A stretch of 64,000 nucleotides of DNA from Bigelowiella natans CCMP2755 (GCA_000320545.1 ADNK01002058.1:62001-126000); one strand, 5' to 3'; positions 39,416-52,245 are shown, numbered from the stretch's first letter. Numbers and translations: made by a program. The notes: generated by a model from the sequence alone, not told the origin.

Positions 39416-39669
39416 GTCAAAAATCCGTCTCACATGCTAGCATGTGCACATGTACATGCATGACGATGTAAAAGCTGTAGTACATGTTCAGTGTACACCA
39501 TGTCTATTGTAACACTCGGCGAGTGATCTATATAATGATAGTAATTTGTGTTTGTTAAGTGTGACATCTATGTCAGTACATAGCTAGCTCAGTAGTCATC
39601 ATGCATAAAATGTGTGTAAGCCAAGCACCACTTGTAAGTTTAATGCAATCCGTATTTATTTTCAACAGA

Positions 39670-39743
39670 GTAATACTTATTAAGGACAAGCACTTAAATA
39701 TAAAGGGTAATACTTATTAAGGACGAGCACTTATATGTATAGG
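39670..39743. repeat. 37-bp tandem duplication just downstream of the SCCPDH-like stop
   Basis: GTAATACTTATTAAGGAC(A/G)AGCACTTA... occurs twice, starting at 39670 and 39707. Confidence 0.85.
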
Positions 39744-39767
39744 GTAGCTCAGCAGAAAGTTATTTTC

Positions 39768-40219
39768 TCATGAGCTACGGATTTCAAAGGTGCAGCCAGT
39801 TGCCACAAGTCTATCGAGTAGTCCTGCTCCCAAACAAGCAGCAGTGGTCCATACTCCACCATCTTGAATTCTGAGCTTATCATTTTCCAACGCGAGCATC
39901 AAACCGGACTCAACAAGCATTCTGCCCGTATCTGCATACCTGAATAAACGTATGGAAGCTGAGTTATTCCAACAACACAGTGATGACATGTTGGATGTAG
40001 CATTAGTATGCGTTCATGAGGCTGCTACTCCAGTAGCATTATATACCCTGGATCTTTGTAGAATCCCAGGACTGAATGCACCTTGGCCCCCTTCTCCCCT
40101 GTTCCAACTGCGGCGACCTTGAGATATCTGAAGAAAAAGAAGAAGAAAACTTAAAAGAAGAAGAATCCCAAGACCGTCACAATATCTGTGAAAATGAATA
40201 AGCTCATGGATTATATATG

Positions 40220-40264
<45 letters not shown>

Positions 40265-42110
40265 AGTTCTCCTCCGGCACACCCAACTACCCACCCTTTG
40301 TCATGGTCTCCACCAGAGCCTTGTCCAGGTTTCGGAAGAATAATCTCTCGGAAGATGTATCCAAGAATGGGGTTGAAAGCCGCAACAGCGAGCAAAATAG
40401 TGGAGAAACTAGCTACAAAAGCCGCCATAAATGAAGGATGGGTCATTCCCTCGCAGTACCTACAGATCAAGGAGGGAAGGAGGAGGATGATGACCAAATA
40501 ATAAGCTTGTAACAGAAGAGAGAAGCGCGATGAATCGTCGTCATCTTACTGGATGGATTTTCCATATTCACAAAGGATATTGGAACGCTGAACGAGCTTT
40601 CCATTCATATCGGCCATGAGAAAGAGACCAGTCCACTCATTAGAAACATTGCTCCAACTGACGAATTTGATGTTACTGAGCTTGCATTTGTAGCTGTCGC
40701 AACGTTTGCCGTCTTTGTCTGCAAGCCACGGGTTGAACCCAAAGGGGGGTCTCGGGAGCGGATTTTGAATCAAATTGAAGATCGTTTCGATCGTTCCACC
40801 ACTGATGTTTCCTTAGCGATATATCATGGTTTATCAGGACAAGGAAGGTAGAAGGAAGGAAGAAGAAAGAAGGAAGAGGGGAAGGAGGGAGAACGTATCG
40901 CAGCAGGAGCATCCAACAGCATCCTACATAAACCCGGTACTACAAACCCCGTTGCTTGCTTTCATGCTTGGGATGACTACCTCGAATCTCATCCACGATC
41001 TCAATTTTCTTGAGGTCTTGATTGTGCTTCTCCTTAAGGCGTAACGCGTGCTGCTGCACGGTCAGATCCCACGGAATACAATCGTGAGCACAAAAGTTGA
41101 CGATTCGAGACCCTGAAGCTTTGGCCGTTGGAGTGACTCGCGCAATGATGTGTTTTACCCAATCAGCTTCACCGGTAGTATCAACCTTCAATGAATGCAA
41201 AATTGGTGAGAGGTAGAGGGGAAACGGTCCAATGAGAAGGAAGAAGGGTGAAGGCACAGGATGATAATAATAGTCTGATAGCTTGTTAGATTACTTACGT
41301 AGTCGGTTCCGCAGGAAGCACACATGCCAACAAGCCTGCTGCCGTACTTCGCAAAAGGACCAACTGCACTTGCTACCACCATCGTTCTCTTCACCTACGT
41401 AATTATTACGCTGATGAAGTGGTGAATGAGGATCAGCAACTGAACGATAGAAAGATACTGATGATGATGATGATCATTTCGCATACCATTGCCTCGAGAG
41501 CCTTTGAATCGGACGAATCAGCAACAATAATCGAAAGAGAACTATTCCCTTCTTCAATTTGTACGAGCTCCTCCTTAACCTTTTCCAGCTTCTTCGGGTT
41601 TCTGCAGGTTTTTCGTATGATTTTTTTACCATTGAATTATGCACAAGAAGGCATCTGGCTTACCTTCCTGCAATAGCCCACCGAACATCTTTTCCAGCAT
41701 ACTGTTTTGCCGCATATCTTTCATGAAAAATAAAATGGCTTAAACTCATGTGAAACAGTTATCGGTACTGTTCGAAACTACTACCTTGCTGCCAATTTTC
41801 CTGTGTAGCCTGTCGCTCCATAGATGACCAAATGAAACTCGCGCTCATTCTTCTTCTTCAATCCCTTTTTCAGATGGCCCTTAACGTCATCTTTTTCTTC
41901 ATCAAAGAACACAGGTTCCTTTGCCTTCCCCGTCTTTTTGAAGAGCAGGAACAAAAAGGTGGTTGGGATTATGATGACAATGAAGAGTGGAAGCACTAGG
42001 AGCAGCATGAAAAGGAAAGGGACAAGAGGGGACCAGCCAGCCATCTGACGTCTCTTGCCCATTTCTCGAAACTTAATGGCGAAAGAGTCTCCTGTAGTTT
42101 TGCCCTCCAT
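39768..42110 (-). CDS. SCCPDH: Saccharopine dehydrogenase-like oxidoreductase with an N-terminal membrane anchor
   Basis: VIYGATGYTG, WAIAGR, VGPFAKYGSRLV, YVDTTGE, CAHDCIPWDL, SGGT, DPGY and GGVWTTAACLG. Hydrophobic N-terminal helix. Confidence 0.85.
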
Positions 42111-42407
42111 GTTGCGGTGCGTGAGAATTGCAATGGGTACGTCCGAAGTCGGTGTGTGATTGGGAATCTGTGACGATTTTTGTCTCTCAGTGTAAACGTC
42201 CTTGCCTTTTATTTCTGCGACATCACAAGTTATCTCTTTTTCATCAGAAAAATGGCTTGCGGCAGGCCTTTCTAGGAAGGACTGAAGTTGTGCTCTTTGT
42301 CATTTTTAACATTTTTAGGATAATTTTGATGTCGCAAGTACTAATTGGGGGCTAAACAGCTACTGTTCGGTATTTCACATAAGGAGGACCCGAGTGTGCT
42401 ACTCGAA

Positions 42408-44168
42408 ATGGCGTACCACGCCGACCATGACAGCGATACAGAGGCATTGCAGATTGGTGAAGAGGACGGAGAGTCGCGTCTCGATCTTCAAGCCGGGGAC
42501 TCTTCAATAAATGACTTTGCACACAACGCCTCTTCCCCAAAGCACATTGCAGGACAGCGCAGCCATCACAAGCCATTGGCGGAGGAGGAGGATGAGGAGA
42601 TGGACGTCAAAGAGGGGAGGAGGAGGAGGAGTGTCAGTGAACACTTTCCCAGAGCAAAGCCTATAGGATCATTTGAAGCGTATATGCATCTAGTAAGGGG
42701 GAATCTAGGACCCGGAGCGCTGAATCTACCTTATGCGTTTGCAAGGGTAGGGTGGCTACGGGGCTTGCTGATGCTACTTGTTGTCTCTGCGCAAGGTAAT
42801 TTCAACCGATTTTGAAAGTATTTGGTATTCGTGGAAGCCTTTCTAACTTCAATATACTTTCACTCATGTTCGATGGAAGGCCTCGCTCGCTAATTGTTGA
42901 TTTTTCACCCAGGAATATATAGCATGAATACTTTGTTGCGGTGCAAGCGAGCGCTGAAGAACAATCACCGTAGCCCTGAAACGTACATGGACGTAGGATA
43001 TATGGCACTTGGAAAACCAGGAAGAGCAGCCATTCAGACATTAGTGGCAGTTTTGCAATTTGGAGTCTGCTGCGTGTTCTTACAACTAGTATCTACAAAC
43101 CTGGAAGCAGGGTTGCAGGCCATCGATCATCCTATTGCTGGTCCTGTGTGCACGCTTATCGTCACAGGAGTCATGATAGCTCTCTCGATGTTGCGAAGGA
43201 TTCAAAATATGAAATGGTTGACGATAGCGGCGAACGCTATGATGCTCATTGCATTGTTTTCAGGAACAATCGAGGCATTTGTTGTGCTTCATGACACGAA
43301 GTCCAGGGGGACTGGCTCTGGCTCTGCAACTGACGTGTTTTTTTTCCTTAGCAGCTTGTTTTATGCATATGAGGGAATAGCAATTATCATGCCAGTAGAA
43401 AATAGTTTCTGCAGGACTCTCGAGAACTCGCTGGAGCGCAGTCACAGCTTTCAGAATATTCTCGTTGCCGCCATGGCCACGGTGGCATTCTTGATGCTCA
43501 TCGTCGGGGCCTCTTGCGGTGCAGCATTCCCTGGCATTGAGAGCGGATCAATCACAGCTTATTTGTCGTCTGAGAGGAATAATCCTTGGTTTAAAGTCGT
43601 CAACATTTTGACACTAATTGCGGTGTTGATGACATTTCCTCTACAGCTCTACCCTGCTGTCGAAGTCATCAACGAGTGGTTCGGCCCAAGATGCAAGCCT
43701 ACATGCTGCCAAGACAGAGAGAGAAAAGCTCCTGGCGGTGGTGGCGGCGCAAACAGTCTGAATGATCATAGACGAATCCCTGAGTCGGAGGTTGAGCAGC
43801 AGGACACCACGAACGCTAGTATGAGCTCCTCCTCTGCCTCGTCTGCTTCTGGCGTGTCAAGGAGCAGTGCCAATGCAGAGTGGATCATCCGGCGGATAAT
43901 CATAGTAATGCTGAGCGCTGCCGTGTCGTTGGGAACAAATAACCTGGGTTTGCTTGTCGCTCTTGTTGGTTCTGTTGGATCCCCAGGCCTAGTCATGATG
44001 CCGAATATCATCCATTTGCGTCTTCAGTTTTCCGGACAGATAGCAATGTCTTATCTGGCCGTGATTGGTGACATCCTCGTCATTACATTCGCGTTGATTG
44101 TTGGCGTAGCTGGAACGTATTTCGCGATCACTCAACTAGTAAATGCCCATAATTCCCCGGATATATGA
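42408..44168 (+). CDS. Amino acid/auxin permease family transporter (SLC36/PAT-like), one intron at about 42796-42912
   Basis: HLVRGNLGPGALNLPYAFARVGW, FYAYEGIAIIMPVEN, TFPLQLYPAVEVI and LVGSVG, with about 11 hydrophobic segments. Confidence 0.9.
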
Positions 44169-44974
44169 CCAAGCCGTCCAGTATCGAAGTGATACACAAT
44201 TAATATGAAACAGAGCTGGCTATCTAAATAATAAAGACAGTAGAGAGTGAATCGCATTTGGTGTACAGTGTACATATGCAGAGCGATAAAGCTTTGTTTT
44301 TCAAGGTATTGTTTTAATGAGTCGCAGTAGATTCACGCAGCTAGCGCTGCAGCAATGTTGATACAAATTAAAAGAAAAGTCAAAGCCGAATAGACACAGA
44401 TATTATTATTATCTCATGCGTTGTATGTGCAGAGTAATAATGTGGACGTAGCATCTAGATAGAGATTGCGCACACGCACCTTATTCTCGTTAACGCTATT
44501 GCTTTAATAAAAACAACGCTATACACACAGCTGCTGCCTACCTCATATGCTAGCAGTATGCTGACAGTGTGCGGTTGCATGAGCGCTCATTATGTAGCGT
44601 GTAACAAATAAATCAAGATGCATCACAGCAGGCACCACGAGTCACACAGTGGCTTGCTCTACAACATACATACACTATACTGCCTTGCTAGCTTGATCAA
44701 TCATCACTTTTGAGCATGTATGTGCACAGTGTGCATGCGCGTGTGTATGCTTAGATGCGATTAGACGAACGGCGCGGTTAGTCGCGCGTGCGATGCACAA
44801 AGCACACATGAAAACAAATAAGCTGCGCAAATCCAAACATCTAGACATGTGCGCTGCGCACATTCATCATGACATCTGGTAGCTCGTCATACATCGTGAA
44901 CATCGATGATTAAGCATGACGCGACCTCTGAGAGGAAGAAAATGCATCACGATTGATGATCTAAGATCTGCAAT

Positions 44975-45422
44975 TTATTTCTTTTTCCTCTCTGCCATTT
45001 CCATTTCACTTCCTCCAACAGCTCCAGATCCAATCGCAAACTTCTTCTCCCTGTTCATGCGCTGAGAAGAACGGGAGATTGTTAAGGGCATCAAGCGTAT
45101 ACATTTTACACATATCTAAATATACATACAAAACCGAGTTGACAACATTCCCTATTCCAAGCATGCTAGCATGCTGTTGAGCTATCTAGCTATACCGGGA
45201 GAACAACAACAACGAACGACGAAAAAGATGCTATCTCTGCATAAAACTTCATCGTTGTCCTATTTTAAATGTATATTATCCGCGTCGAAGTTGTGCTGGT
45301 GTTTTTGCCAACCTGAACCATTTCTTCGCTTCCTGCAATGAGACCGAATATAATAAAAATACACAGATTAGATGATAGCTGGTTCAGCGCTGGTGTTGTT
45401 TTGATGTCAACATTTGTTGTCG

Positions 45423-45459
<37 letters not shown>

Positions 45460-45566
45460 TGTGTCTGTTAACCCTTGAGCACGGTGTACTTCGAGATTCG
45501 GTAAGAGAGGTCGTCCTAAGACAAGTAACGATACGAAACAACATGTTAGTTACTGCTACTATCTAC

Positions 45567-45604
<38 letters not shown>

Positions 45605-45769
45605 CCAAGAAGAAAAGAACTTACCATGACGGAATATGGAAAGCTCACATCACGTACACGTAGCACCTCAACCGAGTTTCTCTTACTCGCCTCCACGTAG
45701 ATCGGCTTAAATTCCTACGATTTTTCCGACGAAAAAATAACCAATCCGCTTCATTCTTTATATTTCTAT

Positions 45770-45811
<42 letters not shown>

Positions 45812-46413
45812 CACATACACATACACATACACATATACATATACATATACATACACGTACACACACGTCCTAGATACTATAATCAACAACATTTTGATAC
45901 TAGCATTATCTGGACGCTTGTGTTGAAATAGCTGTATGCGATGAGATGATTACAAATAAATAAATAAATGTTGCCGTCAATTCTCGAATCGTTCGTTTGG
46001 AGCTATGTTTGGACCTTTCCGTCTTTTTCGCATTGTTCCTTGCGCTTCTTCACCACACTGGGTAGTATTTAAATCACGACGCATGACATTGTAAGGAATA
46101 TGGCCGACTACCAGAGTCACTCTCTTACTACATACATGGATAGCAAATGACGATGACGAAAATGCAACGCAAGATACTACATCTTAAGAAGGGCCTCTGC
46201 CTCTTTGCACAGCGGTTCCAGCGCTTTGATCCCCTAAAAAAACGAAGAAAAAGAAGAACAATGTGAAGACTGGGTAAATGAATAGCGAATCCATCATCAA
46301 TATCCAACTGATCTCTGGCCTCCCCAACGTGCCACTACTCTAATACTATTCGATATTGTGTTTCACGGCAATGCAATTCCTCCCCAATGATATTTGGTGT
46401 AAGCTGTCTTACG

Positions 46414-46454
<41 letters not shown>

Positions 46455-49068
46455 GCGCGCACGCGCGCGCACACACTCGCTCACCTTGGCAGTGAGGAGC
46501 GCCGACTTCAGCTGTTTTTCATCCTCAGAATTTAGTGCATCAACTGTCAGCAGAGGAGAATCATCAAAAAAATAATTAATTTGACACAGCGAGGGTGTGT
46601 TATAATGTAGGGTAAATGTCTTTCTTCGATGCTCCGTCCTTTCTCTTTTTAATACTTAAGCCGAACCAATTCTCTTGCGCTCCTGCTTGATCATGCTAAC
46701 ATCTGCAGAAGCCTCGCAATGCAACACCTGCGGGGACAGACAGAAGATAAAGATAACAGAGTCAACATAAGTACGATAATACCAAACGATGCGCCCGACG
46801 ATGCTTCGGGAACCTCTCCCCCCTTTTTTTCCTCGAAATAAATATTCTTTCCTTTATTCTTCCAAATACAATGCATGCTGCTAGTTTATTATTAATAGTA
46901 TTACCACAGTCCCCACTCCGAGGCACCTGTAGGCAAATTCACAGAACAATCCACGGGATGGAAAAAAGGACAAATAGTCGTCAGGTACTGGTGCTGCACA
47001 ATGTTGAAACGTGTGTTCTAATCATCGTGTTTAATTTGTTGATTAGTGGATGCATAAATGTGTCTCATCTCTCTGGTAACTACTTTAAAACAACAAGCGT
47101 ATTGTACTTATTCTTTCTAAACGGCATGCGAAAACACACACACGCACGCACATTTGGACGCAAGATTGCTCCACTGAGACATCCATAACCATATCATAGT
47201 CCGTTTGCTCCACCTATGGTTATTATTATTATTATTATTATTATCATTTTCATTATTCTCAAATAATGCATTCTAGATCCAGAGTTGAACAACTTAAATA
47301 AAAATCTTACTATTCATCGACGTCTGACCTGCTTCGACCAGCAGTTGGTAAGATATCCGTACCACCCCCTCCTTTTAACATCGAGAAGAAATCGGTTTGA
47401 GATGTGATAGAAACACGTGAATAATAATATCTTAAGTGTGTTTGTGTGTGTGTATGCATAGATACGCACATCAACAAATATAACATATGTATATATATAT
47501 ATATATATATATATGTTTATGTTTGTGCGAACATGAGTGCTTGATAATATTTATTACTACCTTTCGCCATCCGTCGAGTATATGATACGCTCGCTTGTAA
47601 TCTTCCCATAGTGAGGACAGCATAACATTCGGTAGAAGTAGCTGCATGGACGCACAAAACATACGCATACACATATGCTATTAGAATGATATTTCATAGA
47701 ATTTCTCATGACGTCTGTCTGTTAGAGATGTATTGCAATTGAGAGGCTCAAATAGTAATTATTTGAAAAAAAAAATGGTTGCATGCATATTAATATACCA
47801 TTTATTGCATTATTATGTACCCTTGCTCAGATGCACCGTCATAGTAGACGAATTCATCGTGCCTAGGGAATTAAGAACACGTAAGAATAATGATTAATAT
47901 GAAGAAACAACTTCTGTTCCAAAATTCTCAACAGTATTCAGGGCATCGAGAAATTCACAACCTCTCGATAATAGACTGCTCCTTTCGTCGAAGAGCTTCT
48001 CGTCTTGAAAGCATTGGCAAACACATCATTACACAAAACATATTATTTTAGCTGTGGTGACGTCAGAAATGTTATCAGGTTTTCTAATGTCGTCGAGCGT
48101 AGGTAGTTTTCCTTTGTGAACATCATATTTTCATATGTATTTCTCACTTTGCGTTGAGCTCTTTATCGAATTTGCTATTCATGTAGTAGCTGAGATACAA
48201 CACTGCGAAGATGCTTGCGCAACCGAACACCTGTAAAAAGTAGTGGTAGTGGTACATGTGTAAAAGGAAAATCTTGTCAAATGATTCCTACATAAAGAAG
48301 GCCATAAATCTTAGGTAAGCTTACCGCGCCTATAAGAAGACCCCACATGACGTATCTTAGATCCACATCTGCCGCCTGCAGAGTAAATACACCACACACA
48401 CACACTCAAAATGACTGTTGGGTTCGTTTCTAGCGATCACACGTCATAAAGACGATAATACTAAAATTCAGTACGATATGGAATTGGATGAAGAAAATGA
48501 TGATTAATCTGATATCTCCTCTCCTTAGAAAGATAAGACCTGGAACGCAATGGATCCACATAGTGTTCCTATCAAGGCCCCAACAAGACCCCCGATGACA
48601 ACGTAACTCACCTGTATTCAATAGCATCGGTTTGAAATATTTCCCTTCTATTTTCTAAATCAGATTAAGTTTACCTTCACGGTTCGGCCGAATGAGTATT
48701 TCTGATTATAACTAAAAACAGAACGCAAAAAGTAAGTTTCTTATTACTTGACTAGAAAGCTTGTGTGCGTACCTATGTTGGTACGCTTCGAGGTCCGCCT
48801 CTGTAATATCTGGGTCCTCGTCGCCCACTGCAACATCCTCTGCAATTCAGGAAAAGAATCATCTTGAGTTCAATTACTCTGTTGATCTTAAGAAAGGATA
48901 TATCCTACGCTTTCGATATTGATCCATCCCGTTCGGGTAGAGCCCATGTTGCCTGTGGCCATAACGGCCATAACCATACCCACCCCCTCCCCCCATGGGG
49001 TACGTTCTCCTCCCGTTTTTAACATAATTGTGTGCGTCGGATGGATTTAAGGGTTTGGCAGTAGACAT
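44975..49068 (-). CDS. Uncharacterised multi-exon protein with two TM helices followed by a PH-like (bacterial-PH/DUF304-like) region
   Basis: More than 12 phase-compatible small exons: VSYVVIGGLVGALIGTLCGSIAF, YVMWGLLIGAVFGCASIFAVLYLSYY, CCPHYGKITSERIIYS, WSKQVEQTDYDMVMDVSVEQS and CLGVGTV. The gene ends MAERKKK* at 44975. Confidence 0.6.
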
Positions 49069-49270
49069 CGTTCCTGAAGTGGCTTGGTCTGGGGTAAGTG
49101 TCGCTGCAGTAGCAGTTTTAAGACAAAACTCTCACTGAAACTGCTGATTTCAAACGAGTGGGAAGAGCGTTTTTCATTAATCTGCAACCTTTCTCCTTGT
49201 CGTCTAAGGATTTCGGAGGTTGGCTTTTGTCGACGTATACTCCATTTAAAATATCTGAAGTTTCTTGTTT

Positions 49271-49342
49271 TAATCGTAACGGTTGAATTTCGCTAACGCT
49301 CTCCCTTTCAAACCTGCGACTAGGTCGAAAGCTATTTGAGGG
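49271..49342. repeat. Copy 1 of a ~72-bp direct repeat (weaker similarity extends ~60 bp leftward)
   Basis: TAATCGTAACGGTTGAATTTCGCTAA is identical to 51708-51733. By manual alignment the copies differ by 6 substitutions and 1 indel over ~73 nt. Confidence 0.9.
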
Positions 49343-49667
49343 TGAACAGAGGAGCACTGACCGCTTAAAACTGGCCAAAGAGCTTACCCAAATTGTTGTT
49401 TTGTATGTCGCACTGCAGGTACACCCCTGACTTGTAAGAAAGTTGCTCTATCTACTGACAGTAGAACACTTCTTAAAAGTTTCTAAAAGTATTTTGTGAC
49501 ACTAGATATAGATCTAGATCTATCTCAACTTCTCATATCTGAAACGTCCTGGTACTCATATCCATTTACACTCTCGTGAGGTACGCGGTAACTTTCAGAG
49601 GATGAACCTTATTCATCTTACATTCGGGTGTTCTCCCCCTTCTCAGGTGGAAACATTTTGCGCAAGC

Positions 49668-50629
49668 ATGGTCAGTGGTGCATTCTTGGTCAGAAGTACG
49701 CCTGAAAGTTTGCCTGTGAAATTCCGCAAGCTTCCAGCTGCGTTTGACAAGGGTTGATTGAGTGCGTTTGCTTTAAATTCGAAAATCAACTCACATTTTA
49801 ATGCTATTGGCCAGGCCTGAAACCATGGAGCAGCAGGTTACCACGCTGGGCGAAGATGGTGTGTTACATTCTTCTCAGCACACTTACCACTGCGTCTTTG
49901 CCCATCACCATCGCATTTTCTGATTCAATCCTCCAATTTGTAATGATTTGGGCCATTACTTACTTTGGGGTTTCCGCCGAATTCGTGGTTGGTCACGTAT
50001 ACGTGCATGACGATTTCATGGATGTGCTCTACAATCCAAGTGAAGCGGTGGACCATGATGGTGTCAAATTTGCCTTCGTTCATCATTACCTCGACATTCG
50101 ATGCTTTGATAAGTTTTGGCTCGAGTACAGGGTCATGTACTTTGGAGTGGGAACCCCGTACATGATGTTTCTTTTATATCCATGCTATTTCCTACTCGCC
50201 AAGGTTTTGAGTGCAAGCTACGGCTTTGCGCTGGCCCTCACCCTTGCCCGGATGACCTGGTGGCATTTTCAAACGGTGACACACGAATGGTATCACTGTC
50301 CTGAGTCGAAGAGGCGAACTTACTGGCTTATCACCCGCATGATATTTCGCATCGCCGAGACGATGAATATCATTAACACTATGGAGCATAAAGTGCATCA
50401 CAAACACGGTCTGAATAATCCGGAAGATGTTGAGCAATGGACCGACACGTGGACCTTCAAATTCTTCGACAGCTACGGTGACTGGATTTGGAAACGCCTG
50501 TTGGAAGAACGCAAGGCAGGAAAAAAAAAGTCACTGTTCAATCTTTTTGAAACGCAGCTCAATTTTGCTTGGGTTGGGACGATTGCAGTTTCTGTCACTC
50601 TCAAAAAATTGCTAAGCGTATTATTGTAA
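49668..50629 (+). CDS. His-box membrane lipid desaturase, TMEM189(PEDS1)/CarF/FAD4-like
   Basis: Short exon 49668-49751 is spliced to 49815-50629. His motifs HVYVH, FAFVHH, HEWYH and HKVHHKH are separated by hydrophobic helices. Confidence 0.6.
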
Positions 50630-51707
50630 ATGCTTGCTACATCAAAATGCTGTTCTGAATATGTGCACACATACTGTGAGTGTGCACCAAAAATCCCATG
50701 TCAATTGGCGAGCCCCTGCACCCACACATGCAAAAGATGTTGTTACAACAGTCATCATTGCTGCTACATATCGAGTGTACGTTGCATTGGCAATGGCACA
50801 ATCTTATGCCCACCTATAGACACAGCCATTACTAGACCACAATGCATCGCCAGTTCATGTTTTTTCATGCATGTGTTGGGCGGGATTGTGCGTGCAGCGA
50901 GGCAGTGATTGCAACGTGAGACAGAGACACAGGCTAGCAACATGCTTGTCATCATCACAGACGGCCACAAAACTAAGACTATATACGTGTCGGTTTCGGT
51001 GACTGTGATAATCCTAACTAGCTAACTAGTCAGAGGGAGAAACAGTAACGAAATTGCACTGTGATTTGGAAGTCGGAAGCTCCGATTGGATAGTGTTGGT
51101 ACTTCATCGGCAACAATTCGAACACCTTCCCACATCGCGCACGTAGAATAATGAGTTAGCACTGGTGGTGAAAAGCAACGGTTGCTGCTGCTTGGACAGT
51201 CCACTGGATATCTTGCTGCTATCCATGTATCGATGAAAGCAACGGTGTGTTCCGTGGGTTCTGTGCAGGCGTCTGAGCTAACAATCTTGGCGATGATGTT
51301 GACAGTCAACTCCATTCGTGCTTTCATCCATTGGGGTATTCACGGATTTTCTAGGGAATGTGATGGCTTTCACCGGAAAGATTTCCCCGTTACGCACAAA
51401 AAGTCCACGAGAGTTGTTCGGAAGTATCTCGAACACCGGAAATGCTGACGCCTGGCCTGGCACAATTTGGGGACGAGTAGGTCTCACAATCAGTCCCAGC
51501 ATCCCATGGCTGAATCTCAATAGTCACAAAATCTAGCCATACTCCTTCGAGGCACGTTTCTAGATTGTAAAATCCTGTGAATCAGTTTGGATTAGGTGTA
51601 ATCATCGTGAGATGCGACAACAGGATTGCGGGAATTGTTTTTGGTCGACGTCGTAGAGTCTAGGAACGTAGATCTACTCCATTGTTAAGCTATTAAGAAT
51701 GTTTTTG

Positions 51708-51780
51708 TAATCGTAACGGTTGAATTTCGCTAATGCTATCCCTTCCAAACCTGCGACTTAAGTCGGAAGCTTTTTGAGGG
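51708..51780. repeat. Copy 2 of the ~72-bp direct repeat
   Basis: Matches 49271-49342 in the same orientation. Confidence 0.9.
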
Positions 51781-52245
51781 AGATAAATAATCTCCAGTGG
51801 ATCTCGAGAAGGTTTTTATAATCCGTTTTGTGCTTTTGCTGTTCAGAGCGAGAGACTTTCCCGCAAAATTTTCGACCGCAAACCCTGTCTAAAAAGTCTT
51901 GATACTCATTTGTGCTTGCGCGAGATGCGTGGTCGCCCACACGAAATGGCATCATATTTCATATTTCGAGCGATGTGAATTCGAGCATCTACCCACTGAA
52001 ACTCCTGAAATAATGGACAGAGTTCACCGAAGAGAGAAATCGGCTGCGCTACCCTTTGTGCATAAAGAAACGATGCTATTTAGTATTAGCGACTTCGAAT
52101 ATAGGGTACATAGTATCGAAATGCAGGGCATTTTCATCGTAAACTGACGGTCTTTCCGTCCTCCTCGGGGTCGGCAGAGGATAAACAACAGACTTCGAAC
52201 GAAAAGGAAACGACGAAAGGGCCAGCCCCGGCCTTCATCACAAAA

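Noticed and set aside
36060-42110. ABHD4/5-like plus SCCPDH-like genes as a lipid-droplet gene cluster
   Set aside because: Adjacency of two genes with no shared promoter is compatible with chance.
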